From Nymphaea colorata (taxonomy: Eukaryota): a DNA stretch of 64,000 nt. How positions within the stretch are numbered: the first letter of the stretch is position 1; the number at the start of each line of letters is the position of its first letter. The translations under genes were made by a program, and so were the position numbers. Location of the stretch: positions 30,566,001-30,630,000 of the forward strand of contig NC_045138.2 in the NCBI RefSeq assembly GCF_008831285.2. The letters are read 5' to 3'. The notes under the pieces were generated by a model. The model did not search any database. It was not told where the DNA came from and saw only the letters and a program-made list of their open reading frames with translations. Below are positions 27,001 to 39,794 of this stretch, piece after piece.

Positions 27001-30000
27001 TCAAGTTTCAACCAGTCAAGGACTAGACTGCCAGTTATTTAAGTTTGGGCTGCTTGTGGGCATTATGAACGTATCTTCTGGGCTCTTGCATAAATTGGTG
27101 CTGCCAGTAGTGGATTGTAGTTAGACACGTTGTGTCCAAAGAGGATTAAATATGGACAAGGTTAAGGGGGCACCTCCAGGCTCCAACATCTACGAGGCAG
27201 ATTCATTCATCTGGGGCATGCGGACTTCTATCGGTTGGCTCCAACTCTATAATGTAATCTCCATAGACCCTGTTCATACTTCATAGCTGAGTTCATCGCC
27301 ATTCTTCTTTTTCCTTTCTTTTTGCATAGTTTAGCTAAGCTGTTTCACAACCTTAAATCCATGGCTCTGAAGTTAGAGGGGAAGGGTTGACTTGAGATCC
27401 ACGGATTTCAAGATGCAAGGTTGTATATGTAGATGCGCACACATTCCCACGCACATGTTCTATGTATTGATCTTCCTAACACTTTTTACTTGCTTCTTAG
27501 AATTGTATTGAAAGACAATTCAACGACAAGCAATGTTGACATAGAATTTGTGATTAACACTCAGAATTATTCTTTAACTAGGGTAGTAATTTTGGGTTTT
27601 AGTTTAGGCTTGTAGGTTTTAAAAATTATAATTAAAGATATTTAGAAATTAGAAGACCATATATGCACAGTAACATTGAAATGCATTAATCTTAAATTGT
27701 GAACTAGCTTGTTTAGTTTTTATGTTATATAACGCCTTAAATTTTATTTATTTGACTTCAATAAATTAGATGTTTTAAACTTTTAGTTATGATTATTATC
27801 ATGTTATGAAATGTTTAATGTGTTCATCTATTTTATAATTTAATTGTTATGTTATTATAAGTTGAAATTTTTTCATTGAGAAGATTTTAGTTTGCTGTTA
27901 ATCTTAATAGTTAATACTATGTTGGTTCTTTGAGACCACGAGGTGGAGATGCATGGACTGCTACATGTTCCTAGTCCTGCCTAGGCTGCAGCTATTGTTT
28001 TGAGAACATAGCACCTACCAAACTAAATGCCATTGACTAGCACTACAATAAACATTTGGTTCTCCTTCCTTTTCTTTTAGTAAGCCAAACATGTACATGG
28101 TTTTCACATTTGATGGGAGATGGCAAGCATATGGGTTTTGTCAATTAAAATAGGGTGGACCATTAACATTTGTAAACAGTACAGTGTACCAGGCCAGTCC
28201 CTTGAAAAGAAAATCTACTTAATAGACAAAAACAAACAAGAACAATAAACTAAATTGACTGCAACCAAACAACTCATTGTCGAAAGCTGCCACTATGAGT
28301 TAAATAACTAAAGCATAAAAGACTATTACCTTGAATGGATAGTTGATCTTGATAACATAGCGTTCACCAGGGGCAACATCACTTCTCTCAAAAGCATAGT
28401 TACGCTGCACAATTATATGGTGAAATTTGATCAAAAAGACAGTGAATTTAGTTACTTCAACTAGTACATATTTGAACATGAAATGGAAAGTAACAGATAA
28501 ACCAGATATTGACCATCATTGATTACATTATGTTTATGTGCAAATGAGTGGTACACAACAGTTTAATCAGCAGAGATCATTTTGCAAACATGCACATGTG
28601 CAAAGTTTTGCTAAGGAAGATGCTTTATTGAGATTAACCACACAAATGTGATCCATAATGCCTAAAAACTATGCAATGGCTCTTGATCGTGTTCTGGGAA
28701 TTTATCAACTATAGCTGAATCCTTGTAGATTGGCTACCAGTCATGAGCCTCTAAAAAATGTTCAACCGTTTTAATGACTACTGAGTAAAGTATATGCCAC
28801 CATACCGAGGAACAACTGAACAGTTCATGTTAGCAATGATAAGCACATATGTGCATCAAAACTAAAAAACAAGCATTTAAAATAAATCCAATGATAAAAA
28901 CAAAACAAAGGGAATAAAAATATATTGTCCGCACAAACCTTTACAGGAGTCATGCTGAAAGTAGAAATGCTGGCATCCATAAGGACTTTAGACAGTTCAG
29001 TCTTTAATGGTAAAGCCATCTCCTGAACCACCAAATCAAAATAGTTACTTAAAGGAAAGATTATGCTCTTCACACTAGCAACTAAATCAAGTGTTGCGCA
29101 TAAAAAAACCATATACATGATAGTGCTGGTGGACATTATGGCCAGGATAAGGTAATTTACTTGTAACTTTGTTCTCAGCATTCTCGATGAGTTATCAGAG
29201 TCCTTTGCAGTCCTTTCAAGCTCCATAGTCACATCTTCTGGAAAAATGGATTCGTGTGGAATAGCAAAGATGCATCTTTGCATATTCTTTACAATAACGC
29301 AGCAGCTAGCATAGCTATTTCCCACTTTGACCTTACCATGTAATAAAAGTAAATTGTTAAAATCTTCCAGAAATCCAAAAACATGATGCTTTGTCTTCTA
29401 AATACTGCCACACAATTCAAGAATGAAAAATGTTTATGTAAGTGACTTTTAGTATAGATGCAACAACAGCATCAAATGCAGCGGTTCTGTTGACAATAGC
29501 ATATGCCACTAATTCAAAGTCACCTAGCATCTCAATCTATCGTGAAACAAGTTGCAATGCAGAGTGCACATTGTATTATCATCTGCGTTGATAAACAGCC
29601 CATAAAAGGACAATTTTCATCAACTTGTATGTGTCATAAAAAAATTATATTCCTGTCTTTTTTTGTGTCAAAAGACAGAATAGAACAAACTCATGCACGT
29701 GTATGTTCTTTGTATTTGTCGAAAGATAGATGCAGACCTTTTCTGTCCAAGGGAACAAACTCATGCATGTGTGTGTTGGATACTTAGGAGCCAAAAACGG
29801 GACAGAAAAGTGCATAAAGTGGAACATTAACAGGAAAAGAAGAGAACAATGACACCATTTTAATCCAATATATGAATATAAACATGGCAAATAATTAACC
29901 AGCTAGATAAATAAGAATCTTTTAATCAAAAAGAAATAAATTTGTGCTTGGAGAGGTGGGCATTTGGTGAATCAGTTTTCAGATTTTGATGAGAAGGACC

Positions 30001-32237
30001 AAGAAAGAAAGGCTTGTTCCACATTTTAATGAAAATAATAGATTTGTAAAAAATGCATAGTCCATTACTAATATTTCACAACCAGCATGATTCTTGCTGA
30101 CTAAAATCATGTTCTAGTCCAGTTAATTTCCAGTTTTGACTAGTAAATTTGTTCTTTAATCAAGGTAATTAATGGTTTTAAGAAGTATATTTCCAAATAA
30201 ACTATCTACTGAGGTTCGTGTCAGAACCTTTTCCTTTTTAAATTATCCCTATCACTATTAACCATAAGATGTTTCCGTTGTTTTTCTCATACGAAGCACC
30301 AGCTACTGGGCCTATTTTCAGACAGTCAGCAACCAACCGAACGAGATCTACCTGACTTTTAAAAGCAGGAGACATGCTTTTGGAAAATTAAGCAATGTTA
30401 CGACCAGTATATTTAACTAGTATGACGTTGCTTACATACGTTAGGCCTAAAATGTTCATTGAATAATGCAACTGTAATTCTCAAACGCATTCCAGTCTGT
30501 GTGCATCGAATCTATAAGCTCAAAATAAAATCTATAGTAGTCAAAGTTACATATAGTCAAGCACTCACCACAAAATGTCACTCAGATAACCGATTCGCTT
30601 TCTGAGCCTTCACTGTGACCTGCCTCATATACACTAGGTTCCGAGTATACAACAGAATAAGAGGAAATTATAAACCAGGTCTATTGATTTCTTAAAATTT
30701 TGAAAACTGCATTGTGAAACAAAAAGGTGTGTTTCAGAGATCAAAAAATCTCTCTCTCTCTCCCTCTCTCTCTCTCTTAGACGACTCCTGCCGTCCAAGA
30801 TAAGTAGATTATTCCTAGGCAAAGACACTAATGTCAAGACGACTGGTGAGTAAACTGGAAGGCTGATGTATATTCGATTATCGATGCCAAGTATGCACCA
30901 CCACAGTGACGCATGCGTTAAGGAACAAACGTCAGCGTAAAAAACAAGAGAAGAGGGAAAATAAACAAGGTACCTTTCCAAAAAGATAAATTTTTCCACG
31001 GTTCTCACCATGGAGTTCCTCGTAAGCATCAAGCACGAAAAATGGGAGTGAGCCATCTGAATCCAGGAAAAACTCCGAATTTTTTTCAAACTCCGGCTTC
31101 GACTCAGTAGCACTGTTTGCACTATTATTCTCTCCCTGCCATACTGACTGCCAACCAGCAGTTGCTGCATATTCGGGGTTACTTTTAAAAGTGATCTTCG
31201 CATTAAGGCGATGGCTGTCCTCCCTTTTCTCTTCGACCTCCACCTTCGCGACCAAATTAGGCGCAGCTACTTCTTCGCTATCACAAATTGCCGCCTCGTC
31301 AGTAACGCCTGAATTCTGCTGTCCTTGGATCCTATCTGGAACATCCTCAGAAGACTGCAATTGGGGTTTTGCATCGTGACATTGATCAAATAAGTCGTGG
31401 CTCGCAACCTTCGCTTCCTTGTTAGCCGTGTCTGTTTTGACGCCTAGAATCGCCGGTTCGTGTTTAACAACAGAATTTCCCAGAGCCGTGGCGCTCGAAT
31501 TCGGGAATCTGGACATCGGTTGCGGTGCAGTGTTGAATGTGGCACCTAGAAATCACCCCAATGAATGTATCCACCATCAAGGATGAAGGAGATAATAAAA
31601 CTTTAGTGCAAGACAAGAGACGGAAAACATAAAACGAACCTGGTCTTCTTCGGCGCCTCTCCCTATCAACCTCGTCAGGAGTAATCTCGGCAATCACTTG
31701 ATCAATTATGCTTGCATCGTCAATGCTGCCCTTCCCCGTATTCCTCTGGAAAGCTGAAGACGTAAACATGGATGAAAGCCTCTGTTTCCCCATAAGCGCA
31801 GCAGCTGCAGAGAGGGAGGACGGCCTCTTCGCCTGGTCTTGCTCGTCCTTCTTCTTCTTCTTATTCTTCTTTGTCTCGCTCGAGTCGCCCTTCTTCCGGC
31901 GGCCACTCCTCCCGTCGTCTCCATGGTCATCTTCGGAGGATGAGCCCTCGTAGGCAGTACGCTCCCAATCCTCCTCCTCGCCGAGGTCCCCATAGCCGAG
32001 GCCATTGTCATCGACGATGAAGTCCTTGACGGCCTCCCGCCGCTTCGCGACTAAGGCGGCGTAAGCCTCCTCCGGGACGGTGTCGTAGATGGGCTCCTCG
32101 ATCCTCACTTGGAAATCCACACCGGCCGCCGAGCGCCCAGACTCGCGTATGGCCTTCAGGCGCTCCAATGCGCTGGCTCGAGCAGTGTCACCGCCGGAGG
32201 GGCCCCTGGTGCTCCGCCTCCTGTTCCCTTCCTCCAT
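15045..32237 (-). CDS. POLA1: DNA polymerase alpha catalytic subunit (family B; ICU2-like), 32 exons, ~1545 aa
   Basis: Exons: 31640-32237, 30974-31545, 29161-29331, 28939-29022, 28330-28404, 25965-26029, 25415-25505, 24862-25047, 24208-24371, 23974-24088, 23566-23736, 23319-23432, 23066-23185, 22655-22960, 22454-22546, 20347-20468, 20171-20243, 19949-20005, 18780-18872, 18548-18673, 18370-18467, 18236-18281, 17914-18027, 17724-17807, 16978-17094, 16811-16900, 16631-16707, 16321-16537, 16182-16235, 15811-15930, 15649-15723, 15045-15194 (4638 nt, phases consistent). Contains N-terminal [11 protein letters not shown], motif [11 protein letters not shown], motif B KLTANSIYG, motif [23 protein letters not shown] and C-terminal Cys clusters (CPSC/CPKC, CDDELC/CPNYPRC). 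Confidence 0.97.
17285..17646. mobile_element. hAT-type MITE, family A, in a POLA1 intron
   Basis: Ends ctaagtcacatg...cccatgactt; TSD attacaag/attataag; gatacgggtac motifs as in 38888-39241. Confidence 0.7.
19066..19320. mobile_element. Degenerate family A MITE in a POLA1 intron
   Basis: Ends ccgtgtcacatag...ctgcgtgacagg, flanked by caatta on both sides. Confidence 0.55.
21400..21879. mobile_element. AT-rich MITE-like insertion in POLA1 intron 15
   Basis: cagtcacaaataaca...tgttatttatcatagactg imperfect inverted ends; A-rich then T-rich core. Confidence 0.4.
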
Positions 32238-32306
32238 TTTCTCTCCCTCTCTCTCCGGCCCTAGAGTCGCATCGCAGTTCCCATCTTCCCTCCCTCGTCG
32301 TCTGCC

Positions 32307-32339
32307 ATTTATAGTCCCCTTCCTAGAAATGGCGGGAAA
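32307..32339 (-). promoter_or_regulatory. POLA1 core promoter: E2F site TTTCCCGCC plus TATA-like box
   Basis: ggcgggaaa at 32331-32339 reads TTTCCCGCC on the minus strand, the canonical plant E2F element. TATAAAT on the minus strand at ~32307-32313, about 70 nt upstream of the ATG. E2F control of replication genes is established. Confidence 0.75.
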
Positions 32340-33615
32340 CCTCTGTGGAGTTACGACCCGGTTCGGTTGTTGTCGCGCCTGATCGTCGGGTTAGCGAATC
32401 GGCGACTCCTTGGAAAGTAAACCCGGATCCAACTTGCACTGGATCCGACTTTCAATCATTTCCATAACTTGGATCTGAGTTATTCGGACTCGAACTCTGC
32501 AATTTCGGCGCAGCATTACATACCAAATACACATCCTATTACTGGTATGATCCTATTTTCATTGCCAAACAATTGTAATTGGGTCCAACTCTGTGCTGTA
32601 CCCAATGAATTTGATCCATTTATATCCATATTGTAAGTTCATCTATATATACGCCTATGGAGGGCTTTTATACTATCTGGTATTCTGTCATTGGGATCTT
32701 ATAGATCCATTTATTTAAGAGGATACTCTTGTTATCTTATTTGCATTGCAAAAGTAAAGCAATTGTTTAAAGTATAAATTTCGTGTTAGATTAATATATA
32801 TATATATATATATACAAGCTAAAATCTTTCGGCCATCTAACTTTCATCCAATCACAGCCACTCATGCAATGCAATGCATCAAATAAGCATCTTTAAAAAT
32901 ACTACGAGAGGGCATAGAATTCAGTCATCCAAATATGGACAGAGTAATCCAATGGTCACATACACTGCGCAAAAAAATGATCTTAATAATGTTTCGACGA
33001 TAATCATGCACTAAGTTAGTCATGTTTTAGTTTAACATGTTTTTAGAGTAATCAAAATGCGAATGACTTTTATGACATAAAATTTTCAATGGTAGAAAAA
33101 CAAGTTTTTGTGTTACAAACGACATCAATCAAGACGTACTTTATGTTAGATTAATATTTGATAAGCACGATAGAATGTTCATGTTTTGTTTCCAATCATT
33201 TTTGTCAAAACTTCAGGAGGTATGATTTTGATCCCCGATCAAAGTAGTATGGGATATAAACATAACAATAAAAATAAAAAAAATAAATAACTTATATATG
33301 TATATATATTTAGAGAGAGAGAGAGAGAAAGAGAGAGGGAGAGAGAGAGAGTCAATACTGTTGATAAAAAGGTAACTCCGAGCACAAGAAGACTTTAGAA
33401 AATCCCTTCCAAGCTGTTAGCCTTCCTCTACAAGGAATGGAAGTGTGAATGAATGACAATAGAGGAAAAGGAATGAAAGTGTGGATGAATTGACAATAGA
33501 GGCATTCTATTTTCTAGTAATAACACGATAAGTGCATCCCTTTCTTGTCTTGGTTGTCATGGTCTGAGCCATTACTTTATAGTCAATATGAAAATTTGTT
33601 AATTATATATTTTTG

Positions 33616-33620
<5 letters not shown>

Positions 33621-33680
<60 letters not shown>
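33621..33680. repeat. (TA)n microsatellite, ~30 units
   Basis: Seen directly. Confidence 0.95.
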
Positions 33681-33682
<2 letters not shown>

Positions 33683-33785
33683 TTTAGTGCTCAATTTGGT
33701 GCACAGTCCCTTCCTGAATACATTCATGTCATATATATCATACGATGCATGTTGATATGCACACACAAGCATCGGCATTGCCAAC

Positions 33786-34175
33786 TAGGGCTGCATATGA
33801 GAGAGTTAAGTTCGAGCTTGGCCAGTTTGAATTCGACTTGGCTAAAAAAACTTGAGCTCTTGTTCGGTTTGAACTTGACTCGAGCTTCTATTGACTACAC
33901 AAAATCGAACTCAAACTCAAACTCGATTAGTTTAATTTGTTTAGCGTTTAAAACTCATGTGAACATTAACTCGTGTAACTTGTAGTTTTGGTAATTTTAT
34001 ATAGAGTACCTATTTACGACTTAAGTATAAACGAGTATGAGTTACTTAAATTTGAGCTCGACTCATTTATTGTTTCGATTCAAGTATCATTGTAAACTAG
34101 AACTCAGCTCATTTATAAACGAGTCGAGCATGAACCGAGTTTTTTCGCGTTGGCAGATTCCTTTTTTCACGGCTC
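33786..34175. mobile_element. TCGAG/CTCGA-rich MITE between POLA1 and the PPR leader
   Basis: Starts tagggctgca and ends tcacggct; dense tcgagc/actcga repeats. Fragments of the same family at ~3810-3900 and ~53750-53830. Confidence 0.55.
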
Positions 34176-34299
34176 AGATTGAATATCTTCGTTCTGAATG
34201 AAAGCCTCGGCAGGGTCTTTTTCGCGCGAACGGAGTTGTTCTCTCTCGCGCTAACGCGGGTCCTGCACATCCTTGTTGCTCTCGCGCGAAACGCTTGCC

Positions 34300-34980
34300 C
34301 AATTCCCTCTTCTCTCTATCTCTCGTCGCCACCGCCGCCGCCACTATGCAGCTCCAGCAATCTGTCCAGGTATCTCTCTATCTTTCTCTCTCTTCTCTAA
34401 CGTCGAGAGGTAGTCATCATCCGAGGAGGCAAGCCTGCGATTGCTTGGTTGCTACAAGGCAAGGGGTTTAATTTTTGCACATGCCCTCTATCTCCATGGG
34501 TGCATGTTTGGGATTTAGGGGTTTGGTTGGGTTTTAAGAGTTTTATTGGTCTGAGGAAAAGTGGAAATGAGGGGAAGAAAGGATATTGGACATTAGATTG
34601 GCCGGTGGGCTGCTCTCTGCTAAACAGGTTGCTGGATTGCTCTCTGCTAAACGAGGGTATCACTGTTCCAGGAGCAATATCTCTGTTGCATTTTCCTTTT
34701 CCTTTTTATTGTCTTCTCTCAATGGGCTGTTTGGTTTTACAGATAGCTGCTTTACTTTCCATGCAAACTTGCCGACCTGCTGAACTGACCTCGTTAATGA
34801 TGTATTTAATATACAATTTAGTTTCCGCGTCATTTTTAAAGAATGTACATGCGTGACATTTTTCCCTTCTCTCTTACGGGTAACATAAATAGGCTAAGCA
34901 GTTCAAGCATCCCCATTCGTTGGTGCTACGAACAAGAATTGTTATTTCAGGCTCCTGACGTCTAGGGCCTAGCGAAGCAG
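34300..34980 (+). other. Probable 5' leader exons of the PPR gene (exon 1 ending 34369; exon 2 34893 or 34951 to 34980)
   Basis: CT-rich, CpG-rich start region; donor CAG|gtatct at 34369/34370; T-rich intron; acceptors atag| (34892) and ttcag| (34950); strong donor CAG|gtaagt at 34980. The nearest downstream intact + strand CDS is the PPR. Linkage to the PPR is inferred. Confidence 0.5.
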
Positions 34981-37439
34981 GTAAGTTTGTTATAGTTTCA
35001 ATAGGAAATTACGAAATGGCATATCTAAGTCTCGTTCATGTAATATGTTCTCCAAGTCTCAGATGCGAGATTTGCATGCAATAATAATTTTGAAAGATTT
35101 AGTGCTATATAAATCCCAGATTGACTGGAGAGGGCTTGCTTCAAAGCCAGTTAAATACATGCATGATCTGCAGTTTCAAGGATTTGATAGGCAAAAAGGT
35201 CGCATTAAAACCAGCAAACTTGAATTTGTAACACCTAATTTCATCACAGGGGGCACCTACCAGTTAGCTCCAGCTTTGAAGAATGCCCTCCAACATCTCC
35301 TTTGTGTTCTCATAAAATTCATTGCCATGTACAAACCCTCTCAGCTTCTCTTTATTTTTCTTATTACTGTCACTGCATTCATCACCCAGTGAGTTATTAC
35401 TATCATATGATTTTACTACTAAATTGCTTCCTGGGTACCTTTTTATTTAAATTTTAGGTTCCTGCATAAGTGGGTTCATTATAGCTTTCTTTGTTTGTAT
35501 ACTTGAATTGCCTGCCCATCCAAAATCCACATTTCTCAGCTCCAGTCTACTAGTTGATGTCATGTTAGCCATAGACGAAATAAAATACATAGTCCTTGAG
35601 TTTCTTCTATGCAAATCACTTGTATCACAAGCTTTTTGTGACCATGCCTTGGAATTTTGGTAGCATTTCTCTATAGTCTCTATCCTTTAGATCAGTTTGA
35701 CTAGACAAATAACAGCTTGTACCAGCTGCTTTTTACTGGAATAAATTATAAAACCCCTCATAAACCATACAACTTGTCTGTGCTAGCGGTTTTCAGCATT
35801 ATCATGGAAGAAATGCATAATAATGAGGGGCAAAACAATCAGTCAATCTCTTCATTCATGTTTTGATATAGGAAGAACCTTATGGCATGTATACTGTTGT
35901 TTATATATGCAAACTGCATTTCCATGTTGGGATGCCAGGTTCTTAAACATCAATTTTCAGGACATGCTCTGTTTCCAACTTCCTGTTACAATTTAGAATT
36001 TTAAGTTGTGGTGACCTAAAATACATAGTTAGAGTGTGTTGTATGTCCAAGAATGACGAGCATGAGAAAATGCCCGTCTGAAATTCATGAGATGACACCT
36101 TACAGCTTGGCAAAGGGCTGCATGTATATGCAGAAAATGGTGGTCCAATCTTCACAATTGTAGTGTGCAGTGTAATTCCTGTCTGAAGACTTGCTTAGGC
36201 CAGATTTGGGCAGAGTTGTTGCACTCAGAGTAAGGAAGTAAGATATCGGGCTGAAAGTATTTCTATGTAATTTAATTGTAATGAAATGACAAGATTATAT
36301 TGATAACAGATTCAGAATACTGAATGTGTTTCTTTTTCTCCAAAATCTGGTTGTGGTTTAGTTGTATATTTTTGTGCATGCTAATGACAATGTAGTAACT
36401 GGTGCTGAGTGCATGACACAGAACTGGTGGTTGCAGAAATTAAGGTCACACTTCTTTGTCTTTGGAATCAGTAAATCAGCAGGCTAATAAATTGGTTACT
36501 TTGTAAAGAGTATGTTACAAAGTTGTACATATGAGCTAGTCCACAAGTAGCTTAATTGGTAAGTTGTGAGGCTGCAGACATGTTGTTAATGACTTAGTGC
36601 TACAATTCCCCATACGTTTGTATTTGTTCAGTCATTGCCTCATTGGGTGACCCAAGACTTGTTGTGAAAGCAAGCCTTTGCACTCAACGACACATATAAA
36701 ATCCTAAGCCACTTATGTTCACCAACGTTTTGAAGCTTTTCATGACATAGCAGTGGTGCTTCTTTTGGTTTACTTTTTCCACAATCTGACTAGGACATGA
36801 GTTAGCTCTCTTGCTAATTTGTTTAGCTACCAAGAGAGAAGAGTTGCTTTTAATATTTCAAAAAACGTGCACAATCTTCATACTTACATTAGCTTGAAAC
36901 GGCTTCCTGAAGTTCATTATCCCTGATTTTTGCATTTTGGTTAACTTATATCCTAATTTGTACCATTGATCTTTGGATATATTTTTTTCCAAGAAGAGTA
37001 CGGTTTTATAATGATTAATGAGAAGTTATGGGATCCAGTGGTAACCCAAAAAAAAAAAATCCATAATTCAGTGCTTGCTGCATCAAACAGCAGAATCTTA
37101 ATTATTTAATTAAAATTCCAGGCCATCAAACAAACATAAAAGAAAAATGGAAGACGTAAATTTCACTCTTTACCAGTTTCAACTGGAACAATGGAATTCC
37201 AGCACATCAAATGCCCCCTAAAGGCAAATAGTACTCCCACATATTATCACTTATATTTGTCTTTCCAATTTTGAACTCTCTCAAACTCAATTAGGGGGTT
37301 TTTGATGTCCCTGGGAACATGCTTTCAAAAACATGGGAAAGGGATAAACAAACACTAAGAACAATTAAAATCAATATTTTGCCCATAAATGCTTACCACT
37401 TTTGCTCTTCCTCTTCTTCTTGCTTTCTCCTATGCATCT

Positions 37440-38557
37440 ATGGTTCTATCATTTGATGGGTTTCAGTTGAGCCATCTCCCACAAATATATTGCTTTTCTT
37501 TGATTTTCTCCATGTTGGTCTCGTGGTTTGCAAGTAAATGTTGATGGTTGGTTCTGATTTTGAAGTCTTTTGGTTGTTGTGTCATAGTTTGGAGTGTTAG
37601 TGTCTGGATTTCTGCATTGGTTATTGGTTTTCCCCATTTGGGTTTCTTTTCAGTTCCGATGATTGCTTGGTATTGTTTCTGCTGTTCATGACGGGTCACT
37701 CTTCTTCTGTTATTCTGCTGGTGTTCTGTGTGTTTCAAAGCGGTTGCTGTTTGATTTTTGTTTTTCCTGTGGACTGTTTGGTTTTCAGGTCTTGCCCAAC
37801 CAAAAACAGGTTGATTATGCAAACTTCAAAGTTTCAGGGAAGTCATTGTTGGCTATGGCAGAACAGGTTTGCTTCCCTACACTGTTATTTCCTATGTCAC
37901 ACGGGTGTGGCGTGTAGGTGTCTGTGCTAGTGCCAATGCAGGCGTCAGTGTGGCACATCTTAGAAAACTTGGGTGGGAGGGAGGGGGGTGCGGCTATATC
38001 TATATATACATAATAATGTTATATGTTTTTAATTTTTTGCTGAAAATTTAAATTTTATATGAAGGTTATTTTAGTTTATTTCTAAAATTTTATATTGAAT
38101 AAAATGAAGTTTTTCTAAAATATTGTCAGTTTGGTAGTCCATTTTAAAGGACAACCAGTTTGTCATCCTTTAAAAAAGACTCAATCGACTGGTCATCCTT
38201 TAAAAAGGACGACCTGGTGCTGTCCTATTTTGAAAGGAAGGAGAGAGAGAGGAGGGTAATAAAATGAAAGAAAGAGAAAAAGGAAAAGGAAATAAAGGGG
38301 GGAAAAGAAAAAATGAGAGAAAAAGAGATGCAGGTGTGACCTGGGTGCGTGTTGGAGCCCCACCCATGTCCGCATTCATGTTACGTTAATGCGTGTGCGA
38401 TGCCTTAAATGAAACACCCATGTGATAGTTATTATCTTCTGTTTCTTGTGACTGGTATGGACTTACTCTCATTTTCTCTCATATTTGGGCTGTATGCAGG
38501 AAAAACCACTCTCATGAAGCTGCATCAACCTTGGAGAGTTTGAAGATAGCTATGAGT
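37440..38557 (+). pseudogene. Partial unprocessed Ran GTPase pseudogene (ATG, intron 1, exon 2, intron 2, exon 3)
   Basis: 37789-37866 encodes VLPNQKQVDYANFK..VIVGYGRT versus functional [23 protein letters not shown] (net 8-nt insertion). 38500-38557 matches Ran exon 3 (KTTLMKLH..GEFEDSYE versus [18 protein letters not shown], +1 nt). Intron-1 blocks are shared (tgttcatgacgggtcact versus tgctcatgacgggttact; catgttggtctc versus catgtttggtctc). ATG|gt at 37440-37444 matches Ran exon 1. Confidence 0.9.
37892..38428. mobile_element. Family A MITE inserted in intron 2 of the Ran pseudogene
   Basis: Ends ctatgtcacacggg...cccatgtgatag; imperfect TSD-like flanks gttatttc/ttattatc; separates pseudo-exons 2 and 3. 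Confidence 0.75.
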
Positions 38558-38887
38558 GTTGTTGCTACTTGAGGTGTTTCTTTCTCATCTTCTGTGCCTG
38601 CACTTACAGCTATGTGGGCCATCACCTCAAGGACACTGAATTCATCTATTTTAATACTTCACATACACACTCGTACACTTTTATGCAATGTGTTTCAGCT
38701 TATTTATGTGGATGGTTGTATCTTTTTTCTTTGTTTAGGCACTTTTAACTTTGTTCGTGATCGGATATCTGATTTGATACATTTTTCCTTTACTGCATTG
38801 CATTCACCTGTCAATTAATGTGAAGAAACCCCATTGGCCAATATGATGTCCCACTGCCAGGCCTCTCATCTCTGGGTCAAGAGGAAG

Positions 38888-39241
38888 CTATGTCACACGG
38901 GTGCGGATGCGATACGGGGATACGGGTGCGGATACGACACTTTTCAAATTTTTTGGATACGTGGACACGGCTACATTAAATATTCTAAAAAATGATAAGA
39001 TTAAAAAAAACATTAAATTAATAGTTCACTCTACAATCTTGTGAGAAAATGTGTTTTATCACAAAAGTACTGAATATCTAAACGGATTGTTCATGAAAAT
39101 AATTGGATGCATCACAAAAAATTGATAAAATGAAAAAAAATTAAATGTTTAATTTTTATTTTTTGCCGTGTCCTAGCCGAAACCCGTGTGGGCGAGTCGA
39201 CACGGGTACACGGCCTCTTTAGCTGCGTCCGTGTGACATAG
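38888..39241. mobile_element. hAT-type MITE, family A (TIR CTATGTCACACGG)
   Basis: Perfect 13-bp TIR ctatgtcacacgg...ccgtgtgacatag; 8-bp TSD agaggaag/ataggaag (1 mismatch); AT-rich non-coding core. Confidence 0.88.
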
Positions 39242-39794
39242 ATAGGAAGCTAGCTACTTGTATAGATGGTTGGTTGTGGATAGGATTTTCAAGGCAAAAT
39301 AAAATGGCAGGCATGGAATTTATGTGATGGGTGCTTATGTTATTAAAGCTTAGTTGTCATAAGCATATGGCTGCCATACTTGTGCGATCTCCTGGAGCAA
39401 CTTGGAGCAGTATATGCTAATTACGGAATCTTGGGAATGCAAAGTCTGCCGACTGCTGTACCTCTACCTCCCATACCAGCTTGATGTTTTGCTGAACGCA
39501 CTTGTAGTCCGCACACTTAAGTCCAGAGATTTGGTCCTTAACATGAAACAGTTAGTCGTCCCCAGACGAATCAGGTGATGGGGATAATTTTCTAGGAAGT
39601 ATAAGATCATCGACTTCCTTGGCCCCTTTTTCAGCTTTATATGTTATATTGAAGCACCCTTTGGGTGCATGTCCATGTATTTGTTTTTTTACTGATAAAA
39701 CTGTCTGCCTATAATTTGGTTAATTGACATTTATGCAGAAATTTTCTGTACTGTGTATGCAGGTCACAGTAGCCAAATTTATGCTTATGCAAAT

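Noticed and set aside
37789..38557. Possible compensating frameshifts (+8, +1) restoring a Ran reading frame
   Set aside because: The shifted frame meets TGA early in pseudo-exon 3, before the second indel.
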